This document shows positions 1 through 9,474 of a stretch of DNA of 64,000 nucleotides, in pieces (the first letter of the stretch is position 1; each line of letters starts with the position of its first letter). Below the pieces are notes generated by a model. That model ran no database searches. It was not told the origin of the DNA and saw only the letters and a list, made by a program, of their open reading frames with translations. Made by a program: the position numbers and the translations under genes. The DNA is from Candidatus Marinacidobacterium sp. (lineage in GTDB: Bacteria; Acidobacteriota; Vicinamibacteria; Marinacidobacterales; Marinacidobacteraceae). The DNA lies in the NCBI GenBank assembly GCA_965220965.1, contig OZ244852.1, forward strand, positions 1,728,001 to 1,792,000, read 5' to 3'.

Positions 1-664
1 AGCGCGAGACGACCGCGACGAGGAGGTGCGGGTAGGCGAAGCCGGTCATCGCGCCGGTGGCGCCGGAGATGAGCTCTTCGATCAGGTAGGCGCCGCCCAG
101 GCCGCCGAAGATGCCGATCTCGAGGTCTCCGGCGCGCTCGCGGATGCGGGCGGTCTTGTAGGGCGTGGGGGCGTCTTCCAGCTTGATCGTTCGCGCCGCG
201 GGAATCTCGCGGCAGATCCGGACGAGGAGGTCCACTTCCATGTGGTAGCCCGAGATCGGGGGGAAGTCCTGGATGACCACCGGAATCGAGATCGTCTCCG
301 CGATCCGGGCGAAGTGGCGGAACACCGCCTCCGAGTTGCAGCGGGGGGCGCGGGGCGGAGACACCATGACGCCGGCGGCGCCGGCCTGCTCGGCGGCGCG
401 ACACCGCTCGAGGCAGATGTCCAGACCGGCGCCGGTGGCGCCGACGATGACCGGAACCCGGCCGTCGGTGTGGCGGAGCGAGGCGTCGAGGATCTCGTCG
501 CGCTCCCGGTCGGTGATGCGGTCCACCTCGCTCGTGACGCCCAGCGCGGTGAAGCCCGAGACGCCGTCCTCGATGAAGCGGTCGATCACCCGGCGAAGGC
601 TCTCCGAATCGAAGCCGCCGTCGGGAAGAAAGGGGGTGGGAAGGACGGAGTAGACGCCGCGCAT
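1..664 (-). CDS. Dihydrodipicolinate synthase (DapA/NanA class I aldolase) family protein, 3' end runs off window
   Basis: Not in ORF track. Manual minus-strand translation from ATG at 664: MRGVYSVLPTPF...GFTALGVTSE...PVIVGA...PVVIQDFP...TIKLED (Schiff-base Lys)...GIFGGLGG...GAMTGF. Confidence 0.85.
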   Translation of the reverse strand, partial: MRGVYSVLPTPFLPDGGFDSESLRRVIDRFIEDGVSGFTALGVTSEVDRITDRERDEILDASLRHTDGRVPVIVGATGAGLDICLERCRAAEQAGAAGVMVSPPRAPRCNSEAVFRHFARIAETISIPVVIQDFPPISGYHMEVDLLVRICREIPAARTIKLEDAPTPYKTARIRERAGDLEIGIFGGLGGAYLIEELISGATGAMTGFAYPHLLVAVVSR

Positions 665-765
665 TCCGCCAATTCTCGCACGACGGGGGGCCACGCAGAC
701 AGCCGGGGCGGGGCCCGATGCGGGTGACATGGGCGAGCAGGCGCCGGTGGTACAACTCCGCGGCC

Positions 766-1752
766 ATGAGACTCCGGGTTCTGTCCGCGGCGGAGGTGCG
801 CGAGGCGCTTCCGATGGCCGAGGCGATGCGCGCCGTGAAGGCGGCCTTTGTCGCGCTCTCGGCGGGAGAGGCGGTCATGCCGGTCCGCACGCGGGTGGAT
901 GTCGCCGCCCGGGAGGGAATCAGCCTCTACATGCCCGCCTACCTCGAGGGGCCCCACCAGCTCGCCACCAAGATCGTCTCGATCTTCCCGCAGAACCTGA
1001 GCCGGAAGCCGCCACTGCCGACGATCAACGCGCTGGTCGTGGTCCTGGACGCCGACACCGGACTCCCGGCGGGGGTCATGGACGGCGGGTCGCTCACCGC
1101 GATCCGGACCGGCGCGGCGTCCGGCGTCGCCACCGAGCTGCTGGCCCGCGAGGATGTGAGAACCGCCGGCATGCTGGGCGCCGGAGTCCAGGCGCGCACC
1201 CAGCTCGAGGCGATGGTCACCGCTCGCCCCGGAATCGAACGGGCGTTCGTGTTCGACCCGCGCAGCGCCGCCGCCCGGTCCTTCGCCGCCGAAATGAGCG
1301 ACCGGCTGGGGATCCCGGTCGAGCCGCTGGGGAGCGCCGACGAGGTGGTGGCGGCGTCCGAAGTCATCGCCGAGGCGACGACCGCGATGACGCCGGTCTT
1401 TTCCGACTCCGCGCTCCGGGACGACGCCCATCTGAACGCGGTCGGGTCCTTCACCCCGCAGATGCAGATCGTCCCCGAGGCGACGGTGGTCCGTTCCTCG
1501 GTCGTCGTGGACCACCGGGAGTCCGCCTGGGAGGAGGCCGGCGACCTGATCCAGCCGCGCGACCGGGGGGTGATCGGCGAGGACCACGTCCTCGCGGAGA
1601 TCGGCGAGATCGCGGCCGGGGTGAAGCCGCCGCCCACCCGCGGGCCGACGCTCTTCAAGACGGTGGGGACCGCGGTCCAGGACGTGGCCGCCGGCGCCGC
1701 CGCGCTGGCGCGGGCGGAGGAGCTGAGACTGGGCTCGGTCGTGGACGTTTAG
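766..1752 (+). CDS. Ornithine cyclodeaminase/mu-crystallin family protein
   Basis: MDGGSLTAIRTGAASG, GMLGAGVQA Rossmann motif, HLNAVGSF, FKTVGTAVQD. ATG at 766 preferred over 718. Confidence 0.9.
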   Translation: MRLRVLSAAEVREALPMAEAMRAVKAAFVALSAGEAVMPVRTRVDVAAREGISLYMPAYLEGPHQLATKIVSIFPQNLSRKPPLPTINALVVVLDADTGLPAGVMDGGSLTAIRTGAASGVATELLAREDVRTAGMLGAGVQARTQLEAMVTARPGIERAFVFDPRSAAARSFAAEMSDRLGIPVEPLGSADEVVAASEVIAEATTAMTPVFSDSALRDDAHLNAVGSFTPQMQIVPEATVVRSSVVVDHRESAWEEAGDLIQPRDRGVIGEDHVLAEIGEIAAGVKPPPTRGPTLFKTVGTAVQDVAAGAAALARAEELRLGSVVDV

Positions 1753-2612
1753 GCGGTCCGCGGCGCCTCGACCGGGTTCTCGAGCCGGCCGATGCCGGTG
1801 ACCTCGGCGCCGACGGTGACGCCGGGCTCGAGGGGAACGGCGCCGGGCGTGCCGGTGAGCAGGATGTCCCCGGCGCGCCAGGTCATGTCCCGCGAGAAGA
1901 AGCGGACCAGCTTCCCGGGAGCGTGGGTCATGTTCCGCACCAGGTTGGCGCGCGCGGCCCGCCCGTCACGCAGCGTCGTGACGCGCACCCCGGAGAGATC
2001 GGGGGTCGGGGCGACCTCGTCGGGGGTGGCGAGGCAGGGGCCGAGGCTGAGGAACGTGTCGAAGCTCTTGGCCCGGGTGAGGAAACGGGGGTTCTCCAGC
2101 AGGAGGTCTTCGGCCGTCATGTCCACCGCCAGGGTGAAGGCGGTGACCGCGGCCCAGGCCTCGCCGTTCGACCAGTCCCTGCCGGTGCGGCCGATGACCA
2201 GCACGAGCTCCCCCTCGCCGGTGACCCGCTCGGGATCCCGGGGAAGGCGCACCGCCTCGCCGGGGCCGATGATGGAGGCCGCCGGGCGCAGGAAGCCGAC
2301 AGGCGTCGAGGTGGTGGACGCGTCCAGATCGTCGGCGTGCTCGCGGTAGTTCAGCCCGATGCACCAGATCTTGGGGGGACGGACCAGCGGCGCGAGAAGC
2401 CGGGCGTCGGACAGCCGGGGCCCCTCGTGTCGCTTCGCCTCCGACGCGGCGGCGGCGAGCGCCGGAAGGCGCCCCCGCTGGACGATCTCGTCGAGGTCCC
2501 CGGGCGCCGCCGGCGCGAGGTCGGGAGCGAGCCGGGAGACCGGGACCAGCCGCCCGTCGAGCAGGACCCCGACTTCGGGGGTCCCGCGCTCCTGGTAGCG
2601 GAAGACGCGCAT
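1749..2612 (-). CDS. Fumarylacetoacetate hydrolase family protein
   Basis: KIWCIGLNYREH, EGELVLVIG, DMTAED, AKSFDTF, GDILLTGTPG. Confidence 0.9.
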   Translation of the reverse strand: MRVFRYQERGTPEVGVLLDGRLVPVSRLAPDLAPAAPGDLDEIVQRGRLPALAAAASEAKRHEGPRLSDARLLAPLVRPPKIWCIGLNYREHADDLDASTTSTPVGFLRPAASIIGPGEAVRLPRDPERVTGEGELVLVIGRTGRDWSNGEAWAAVTAFTLAVDMTAEDLLLENPRFLTRAKSFDTFLSLGPCLATPDEVAPTPDLSGVRVTTLRDGRAARANLVRNMTHAPGKLVRFFSRDMTWRAGDILLTGTPGAVPLEPGVTVGAEVTGIGRLENPVEAPRTA

Positions 2613-2646
2613 CCGGCGAGATTATCCGGACACAATATGGGGCTGG

Positions 2647-3924
2647 ATGACCCCGCTGCGACTCGACTACGGCGAGTCCGGGCTGGCCTTCCGGCCGCCC
2701 GAGGGGCTCGACGGACGGCTGGAGGTCATCCGGCCGCGGTTTCCGGCCCCGCTCGCCGACCCCGAAGGGGAGATCCGGCGCGTCCTGCGGCGCCCGCACG
2801 CCGGACCGCCGCTCGCCGAGCGCGTCGCGCCGGGCGCGCGCGTCGCCATTTCGGTCTGCGACGGCACGCGGGCCCAGCCGCGCCGACCCATGCTGCGCGC
2901 GATCCTGGAGGAGCTGCCGACGCCGCCGGAACGGGTGACGCTGCTGGTGGCCACCGGAACGCACCGCCCCAACACCCCCTCGGAGCTCGAGGCGATGTTC
3001 GGCGCGGAGCTGCTCGCGGCGTGCGAGGTGGTGAACCACGACTGCCGGGACGGGTCGCAGCTCGTGCGGCGCCCCGATACCGGGGAGGGGGTTCCCGTCT
3101 GGCTGAACCGCCGCTTCGTGGAGGCGGACGCCCGGATCACCACCGGATTCGTGGAGCCCCACTTCTTCGCCGGGTTCTCGGGCGGGCCCAAGATGGTCGC
3201 GCCCGGACTGGCCGGGATGGAGACCATCCTGTCGCTCCACGACATGGATCGCATCGGACACCCGAACGCGGTCTTCGGGATCACCCGCGGGAATCCGGTC
3301 CACGATCCGATCCGCGAGATCGCGGGGGCCGCGGACGTGGACTTCGCGCTGGATGTCCTGCTCGACGGCGACAAGCGGATCACCGGGGTGTTCGGGGGAG
3401 ATCTCCTCGCCGAACACGAGCTGGCGCAGGAGCGCTCCCGCGCCGAAGCGATGCGCGGGGTGGATCAGCCGTTCGATGTCGTCGTGACCACGAACGCCGG
3501 CTACCCGCTCGACCAGAACCTCTACCAGGCGATCAAGGGGATGTCGGCGGCGGCGCGGATCGTCCGGCCCGGGGGGACCATCCTGTGCGCGGCGGAGTGC
3601 CGCGAAGGCGTGCCCGAGGCCGGCGCCTATGCGCGGGCGCTGCTCGCCGGCCGGAACCTCGCGGAGGTCGCGGCGGCGCTCGAGGCGGCGCCAGCGCGGC
3701 GCCCGGACGACTGGCAGGTCCAGGTCCACTGCCGGATCCGGGAGCGCGCCCGGGTGGGCCTCCTCTCCTCGCTGCCGGACGAGACCGTGCGGGCGGTCCA
3801 CCTGGACCCGGTGGAGGATCTGGACCGCGCGGCCGCCGAGGCGCTCGCCCGGGCCGGGCCGGAGGCGCGGCTCGCGGCGCTACCCCACGGGCCGGTCACG
3901 ATCCCCTACCTGTCAGCCGCCTGA
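2647..3924 (+). CDS. larA: Nickel-pincer-dependent lactate racemase (LarA) family protein
   Basis: DGTR, ATGTHR, VVNHD, EPHFFAGFSGGPK, LH, GYPLDQNLYQAIKG motifs. Confidence 0.88.
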   Translation: MTPLRLDYGESGLAFRPPEGLDGRLEVIRPRFPAPLADPEGEIRRVLRRPHAGPPLAERVAPGARVAISVCDGTRAQPRRPMLRAILEELPTPPERVTLLVATGTHRPNTPSELEAMFGAELLAACEVVNHDCRDGSQLVRRPDTGEGVPVWLNRRFVEADARITTGFVEPHFFAGFSGGPKMVAPGLAGMETILSLHDMDRIGHPNAVFGITRGNPVHDPIREIAGAADVDFALDVLLDGDKRITGVFGGDLLAEHELAQERSRAEAMRGVDQPFDVVVTTNAGYPLDQNLYQAIKGMSAAARIVRPGGTILCAAECREGVPEAGAYARALLAGRNLAEVAAALEAAPARRPDDWQVQVHCRIRERARVGLLSSLPDETVRAVHLDPVEDLDRAAAEALARAGPEARLAALPHGPVTIPYLSAA

Positions 3925-6303
3925 TTCGTCGGGCGCCGGCTCCAGGACCAGGGTCCAGACCGCGGGGCCGGCGAGGAAGGGGCTCGGTCGCCCCTCCTCC
4001 CAGTCGACCTGGCCGGCGAGGTAGTAGGGGCTCGCGGGATGCCCCGACTGGCCGCCGGGCATGTGGAGGATCCCGCTCTCCTCCCGGCCGGGGGCGACGA
4101 CGAACCGGTTGGACGCCCCGCTCGCCCCGCGCTGGGCCCGGGGCAGATCGGCGTCCCCCGGCAGCGGCCGGGGAGCGGCGTCGAGACGGGGGGCGACGAG
4201 CCAGGCGAGCCACCCGGGAAGGCCGGCGCTCAGCGGGTGGCGCAGGTGAACGATGTTCTCGTCGCCCCAGACCCGATCGGCGAGGGGTCCGTCGACGCCC
4301 GCGGCGGCGGTCAGCACGGCCTGAACGAGCGCATCGTCCCAGTCCGAAGCGCCGCCGGGGGCGTACCAGGAGGGGCGCTCGGTCACCAGCTTTTCCAGCG
4401 GGCCGCGCCAGTGGGTGGCGACCCCGAACGAGAACCCGGGAAGGAGGTCGGCGGCCGGGGCGGTGAGCTCGCCGTAGACGGCGCGGTGGAGCGCCAGTCG
4501 CGCGTCGCGGACCAGCGGGTAGGCGGCGCTCTCGATGTGGGCGCCGCCGGTCCAGCCGGCGCCCAGAACCCGTCGCGCCTCGACCGCCCGCGGCTCGTCG
4601 CGCCCCTCGAGCGCGTCCAGAAAGTAGCGCCGCCAGCGATCCAGGCCGGGGGCCCGATCATCGAGCTGGACACCCAGCAGCGTCTCCTCGACGGCGGCCT
4701 CCACCGCCAGCAGCCGGTCGCGGATCATGAGGGCGCGCTCGCCGTGGGCGTAGGCGCCGTCCCGGCCGATCCGGTCCAGCCACTCGCCGTCCACGATGCG
4801 GTTGTTCGCCGTCCAGAGCACGCCGGAATCCGGGTCGAGGACCCGGGGGATGTCCTCCGGGGGGTGGTAGCCGTCCCAGCCGCGGGCGCCGTCGGCCCAC
4901 GACTCCGGAAGCGCGCCGAGCGTCCCGCGTCGCTTCGGAACCGGGCCGGCCACGCTCCAGACGATGCGCCCGTCGCGGTCCGCGGCGACGATGTTCTGCG
5001 GGGGCATCCCGGCGCTGTGCGCGGCCGCCAGCACATCCTGAACGGTCCGGGCGCCCACCAGGTCCAGGTACCCGGTGCGGAAACCCTCGGGATCGTGTGC
5101 GATCCAGCGGACGGCGAACGGGCGTCCCCAGCGCGTCGTCACCGGGCCCCAGATCGTCTCCCGCACTTCGTGGATCCGCGATGCGCCGCCGGCGACGAGG
5201 ATCTCCTCCTCGAGGACTTCCATGCGGCGCCAGCCCTCCGGCGCGCGGTAGCGAAGCGGGTCCGCGGGGTCGGTCTCGAGTTCGATGAGGTCCAGCCAGT
5301 CCCCCATCGTGTTCGTGAAGCCCCAGGCGACGTGGCCGTTACTCCCGGCGACGAGGGCGGGGACGCCGGGGAGCGTCAGCCCGGCGAGCCGGAGGTCGGG
5401 CAGATGGATCTCGGCGCGGTGCCAGATGTTCGGGACGCCGAGCGGCAGGTGCATGTCGGAGGCGACGAGCGGAGCCCCGCTGGCGGCGCGGGCCGGTCCG
5501 AGCACGAACGAGTTGCTGCCGAGGTTCGGCTGCGGAGCGCCGGTCGCCGGGGAAAGGCCGGCGTCCGCGGGGGCGAACGCCTCCGGTCCCGGAACCGGCG
5601 GCGTGGGAACCGGAGCGCCGAGCATCGGGGCGTCCTCTTCCGTGCCGAGGGGCTTGAGGAACGCGGCGAGGTCCGGCGACAGCGCCCTCGCGAGAGCGTC
5701 GGAGGCGGCCTCGCGGGAACCGGTCTGGTCGTTCAGGACGAAGTAGATCGCCGCCACCGCGAGGAAGGAGTCGGCGAGACGCCAGGGCGCCGGCTCCTGA
5801 CCCAGCAGCAGGTACTCGAAGGGCGGCGCCTCGAGCGCCGCGAGGCCGGCGTTCACGCCGTCCCGGTAGGCCTCGAAAAGCGCGCGGCGCGCGCCGGCGA
5901 GGTCGCCGGCCACCGCTTCGGTCCGCGCCCGCATGCGGTGGAGCCGGACCTCGGTGTCGGCTCCGAGCGCCGCCGCGCCCAGCAGCTCCGCCAGCTCGCC
6001 CGCCGGCTGGCGCCGCAGCAGGTCCATCTGGAAGAAGCGCTCCTGGGCGTGGACATACCCGAGCGTCCGGAGCCCGTCCTCGAGGGTGGCGGCGGTCAGC
6101 CGCGGAACCCCGAGGGCGTCGCGCTCCACGGTCGCCGGGCTCGCGAGGCCGGGAAGAACGGCGCTTCCTTCGAGCTGCGGCAGGCTGGCGCGCAGCCGGA
6201 GCGCGACGAAACCCGCGACGCCGGCGGCGCCGAGCCCCGCCACGACGACCAGCGCGGCGCCGGCGACGAGGACCCGGCGGCGGAGGCGGGAGCGATGGGG
6301 CAT
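3913..6303 (-). CDS. Penicillin acylase family protein (Ntn-hydrolase, S45), N-terminal membrane anchor
   Basis: RDALGVP, GYVHAQERFFQMDLLRR, GSN nucleophile site, DMHLPLGVPNIW, TANN, PGGQSGHPASPYY. Confidence 0.92.
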   Translation of the reverse strand: MPHRSRLRRRVLVAGAALVVVAGLGAAGVAGFVALRLRASLPQLEGSAVLPGLASPATVERDALGVPRLTAATLEDGLRTLGYVHAQERFFQMDLLRRQPAGELAELLGAAALGADTEVRLHRMRARTEAVAGDLAGARRALFEAYRDGVNAGLAALEAPPFEYLLLGQEPAPWRLADSFLAVAAIYFVLNDQTGSREAASDALARALSPDLAAFLKPLGTEEDAPMLGAPVPTPPVPGPEAFAPADAGLSPATGAPQPNLGSNSFVLGPARAASGAPLVASDMHLPLGVPNIWHRAEIHLPDLRLAGLTLPGVPALVAGSNGHVAWGFTNTMGDWLDLIELETDPADPLRYRAPEGWRRMEVLEEEILVAGGASRIHEVRETIWGPVTTRWGRPFAVRWIAHDPEGFRTGYLDLVGARTVQDVLAAAHSAGMPPQNIVAADRDGRIVWSVAGPVPKRRGTLGALPESWADGARGWDGYHPPEDIPRVLDPDSGVLWTANNRIVDGEWLDRIGRDGAYAHGERALMIRDRLLAVEAAVEETLLGVQLDDRAPGLDRWRRYFLDALEGRDEPRAVEARRVLGAGWTGGAHIESAAYPLVRDARLALHRAVYGELTAPAADLLPGFSFGVATHWRGPLEKLVTERPSWYAPGGASDWDDALVQAVLTAAAGVDGPLADRVWGDENIVHLRHPLSAGLPGWLAWLVAPRLDAAPRPLPGDADLPRAQRGASGASNRFVVAPGREESGILHMPGGQSGHPASPYYLAGQVDWEEGRPSPFLAGPAVWTLVLEPAPDESGG

Positions 6304-6351
6304 GGGGCGGAGCGGATTCTGCCGGGTCGGTGGCTATCCTCCCGGCCGTCC

Positions 6352-7308
6352 ATGTTCGCGGCGCGCCGACCCCGGAATGCGCCGGGACGCGCCGTCTGGC
6401 TGATCGCGCTCTGGTTGGCGCCGGCGGCCTACGGCGAGGAGGCTCGGGAAGAGGGCGGGAATTCTCCCACGGAGGCGGCGAACGCGCAGACGGAGGAGGC
6501 CCCGCCGCTCGGGCCCGACTGGGCCGGCCGGGTGGACTTCAGCTTCGCCTCCTCCTCGGGCAATGCCGAGGCCCGCTCCGCGGGGATCGGCGCGCGCGCC
6601 GCCCGCGAGGTCTCCGGCTTCCGGCTCACGCTCGACGGAGCGCTGCTCCGGGCCAGCACCGGCAAGGTCGTCCGCGAGGCGGTGGGTTCGCCGGAGGACT
6701 TCGAGGTGCTGCGAAGCGTCAGCAGCCAGGTCTCGGCGGACCGGACCCACCTGCGGGCCGAGGTCTCGGAAGCGGGCGGCGCGGCGAGCGGACCGGGGAT
6801 CCACTATTTCGGCGCCGCCGGGTGGGAACGCGACGGGCCGGCCGGGCTCAAGCGGCGCATGGAGATGACGGCCGGGATGCAGGCCCGATTCGGCGAGGAG
6901 ACCGGCCTCACCTCGCCGGTCGAAATCGGAGCCGGCCTCTCGCTCACGAACCAGGTGGACGAGGTCCGGGACGCGGAGGCGGCGGCGACCTCGCTCGGGC
7001 TGCGGGTCGACTGGAAGTCCTCGGGCAGGATCGGCGACGCCGAGGCGGCGCTGGCGGCGGCCTCGACATGGAACCTGGGAACCCGCGACGACCTCCGCCT
7101 CGACGTGACCGGAAGCGTGGCGATGGCGCTGACTTCGCGACTGGCCTTCCGCTCGTCGCTCCAGGTCCTTTACGACACCCGGCCGGCGCTCGAGCGGGTC
7201 CCGCTGGCGATGACGGAGAACGGGCCGGAAACCGGGACGGTCCTCGTTCCCCGCGGACGGGTCGACGCGATCCTGCTCACCACCCTGGCATGGCGGTTCG
7301 GCGAATGA
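6352..7308 (+). CDS. Exported DUF481-like putative outer-membrane beta-barrel protein
   Basis: Signal peptide, W-x-G-x-V-DFSFASSSGNAE, alternating beta-strand pattern, LYDTRPAL, C-terminal LAWRF. Confidence 0.6.
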   Translation: MFAARRPRNAPGRAVWLIALWLAPAAYGEEAREEGGNSPTEAANAQTEEAPPLGPDWAGRVDFSFASSSGNAEARSAGIGARAAREVSGFRLTLDGALLRASTGKVVREAVGSPEDFEVLRSVSSQVSADRTHLRAEVSEAGGAASGPGIHYFGAAGWERDGPAGLKRRMEMTAGMQARFGEETGLTSPVEIGAGLSLTNQVDEVRDAEAAATSLGLRVDWKSSGRIGDAEAALAAASTWNLGTRDDLRLDVTGSVAMALTSRLAFRSSLQVLYDTRPALERVPLAMTENGPETGTVLVPRGRVDAILLTTLAWRFGE

Positions 7309-7372
7309 GGGACGGACTCCGGGTGTCGGGCGGCGCGTCAGCGAGCAACGGGCCGCGCCCGGGAGCCCGCGG

Positions 7373-8338
7373 GTGACGGGTCACCGGGTCGTGGTCCTCG
7401 GGCCGCAGATGGGAGACGTCTCCCTCCAGGAGGGGCTCCGGGCGCTGGACCCGCCGGCGGGACCGGTCGCCGACATCACCGTCGGCTGGCGGGAGACCGA
7501 ACCGGTGCGGCGGGAGGTCGACCGCGAGATCGAGGGGTTCGGGCGCGACCCGGCGCCGCTGCTCATAGGCGAGCGGGTGGGGCGCGTCTTCGACGCCGAC
7601 CCCGAGCTGAAGCGCGCGCATCGCGAACTCCAGGACGGACTGCTGGCGGAGGAGCGCCTCTACCGCGTCCGGCTCGGGCAGGCGGTGGAGGCCGCCCACC
7701 AGGTGGATCGGCTGTCGGTGGACGAGCGCTACCGCGACCCCTACGCGAGAGCCGCCTGGGAATCGATCCTGGCGGTGGACCGGATGCACCTCGACTACCA
7801 CGAGTCGCTCTGGCGGGAGTTCCAGGACGCTTTCCGGCCGGACGAGCGGCCGGCGCTCCGGAAAGAGAAGCAGGAGGTCGAGGCGATCCTCGCCGACGCC
7901 GCCGCGGTGGTGCTGACCGGCGGGCACGTGGCGGTGATCCGGAACCGGCTTCGGCTCCTCGGGCTCGGCGCCGCGCTGTCGCAACTCCCGGTGCTCACCT
8001 GGTCCGCCGGGGCGATGGTGTTGACGCCGCGCGTCGTCCTGTTCCACGATCGGCTCCCCTACGGATCGGTGCGGCCCGAGATCCTCGGCGAGGGGCTGGG
8101 AGTGCTGCCGGGGGTGGCCTTCTTTCCCGATGCGGGCGCGCGGTTGGACCTCGACGACCGGCTCAGCCTGCGCGAACTGGCCGGGCGGATCGCGCCGGAT
8201 CGGGCGGTGCTGATCGACCCGGAGGACCGGCTCGTGCGGGACGGCGAGCGCTGGAGCGGTTCGGCCGGGGTCCGGACGCTGACGGCGGAAGGGACGGTGG
8301 AAATCGTCGCGCAACTGGAGGGCGGGGCCGCCGGATGA
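7373..8338 (+). CDS. Class I glutamine amidotransferase-like / peptidase S51 (PepE/cyanophycinase-like) protein
   Basis: ITVGWRE, LTGGHV, WSAGAM nucleophile elbow, EGLGVLPG. ATGA overlap with next gene. Confidence 0.65.
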   Translation: MTGHRVVVLGPQMGDVSLQEGLRALDPPAGPVADITVGWRETEPVRREVDREIEGFGRDPAPLLIGERVGRVFDADPELKRAHRELQDGLLAEERLYRVRLGQAVEAAHQVDRLSVDERYRDPYARAAWESILAVDRMHLDYHESLWREFQDAFRPDERPALRKEKQEVEAILADAAAVVLTGGHVAVIRNRLRLLGLGAALSQLPVLTWSAGAMVLTPRVVLFHDRLPYGSVRPEILGEGLGVLPGVAFFPDAGARLDLDDRLSLRELAGRIAPDRAVLIDPEDRLVRDGERWSGSAGVRTLTAEGTVEIVAQLEGGAAG

Positions 8339-9474
8339 ACCAGGCCCGGAGTCTCGCGATCCACGAACTGGAGATCGCGGGCGCCTCGCCCGAGGCGGTG
8401 GCGCAATTCGTCGAGACCCACGAGTTCCCGATCCGGGACGGGCCCCACACCACGTTCGTGTTCCGGGGCGCCGCCGATTCCGTCCTGCTGGGCCACTGGC
8501 TGTTCGGGACCGCCGCGGCGCGCGAGATGGAGCGCCTGGCGGACTCCGACCTCTGGTTCGTCACGCTGGATCTTCCTCCCGGCTCGCGCGTGGAGTACCG
8601 CTTCCAGCGGATGCGGGGGGCGCAGGCCGAGTGGATCCTGGACCCGCTGAATCCCCGGACCGTCCGGGATCCGTTCGGCGTCTGGTCGGTGTGTCACGGC
8701 GCCGGCTACCAGCGCCCCTCCTGGACGATGGAGAACCCGGCGGTGGGCGGGGGCGAGGTGCGCGAGGTGGAGATCGGGGGAGGGCCGGGACGGAGCGCCG
8801 TCCAGGTCTACACGCCGGTCGGGTTCCGGGGCTCGAGGCGGTATCCGCTGCTGGTGGTCCTCGACGGAGCGGACTACCTGCGCTACGCCAGCGCCCGCGT
8901 GGTGCTCGACAACCTGATCGACCGCCGGGACATCCCGCCGCTGATCGCGGCGTTCGTGAACCCCAGGAAACGCATCCTCGACTACACGAACAGCGCCGAG
9001 TTCGCGGCGTTCCTCGTCGAGCGGCTGGTTCCCGATCTGGGGCGCCGGTTCCCGTTGCGCGAGCGCCCCGACGACCGGGGGCTCATGGGCGCGGGCCTGG
9101 GCGCGGTGGGGGCGTTGACAACGGCCTGGCGATACCCGGACTTCTTCGGGAAGCTGTGCCTCCAGTCGGGTTCCTTCGCGTTCACCGAGGTGGGGCCCAA
9201 CACCCGCACCACGCTCCTCGATCCGGTGGTGGACTTCGTGAACTCCTACCGGCGGGCGCCGAAGCCGGTGGCCTCCCGCGTGTTCGTGAGCTGCGGCGTC
9301 TACGACCCGCTCATCTACGAGAACCGCTCGCTGACGCCCCTGCTGCGGGAGAGCGGCATGGATGTCCGGTTCGTGGAGAGCCCGGACGGCCACAACTGGG
9401 AGAACTGGCGCGACCGGCTCCGGGTCGGGCTCTCGTGGCTGTTCCCGGGCCCGATCTGGCTCTACTACCGGTGA
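8335..9474 (+). CDS. Enterochelin-esterase-like alpha/beta hydrolase with N-terminal Ig/CBM48-like domain
   Basis: SRVEYRF, DPLNP, VYTPVG, YPLLVVLDG.DY, QSGSF, DGHNWENWRDRL. The elbow reads GAGLG rather than GxSxG. Confidence 0.75.
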   Translation: MNQARSLAIHELEIAGASPEAVAQFVETHEFPIRDGPHTTFVFRGAADSVLLGHWLFGTAAAREMERLADSDLWFVTLDLPPGSRVEYRFQRMRGAQAEWILDPLNPRTVRDPFGVWSVCHGAGYQRPSWTMENPAVGGGEVREVEIGGGPGRSAVQVYTPVGFRGSRRYPLLVVLDGADYLRYASARVVLDNLIDRRDIPPLIAAFVNPRKRILDYTNSAEFAAFLVERLVPDLGRRFPLRERPDDRGLMGAGLGAVGALTTAWRYPDFFGKLCLQSGSFAFTEVGPNTRTTLLDPVVDFVNSYRRAPKPVASRVFVSCGVYDPLIYENRSLTPLLRESGMDVRFVESPDGHNWENWRDRLRVGLSWLFPGPIWLYYR

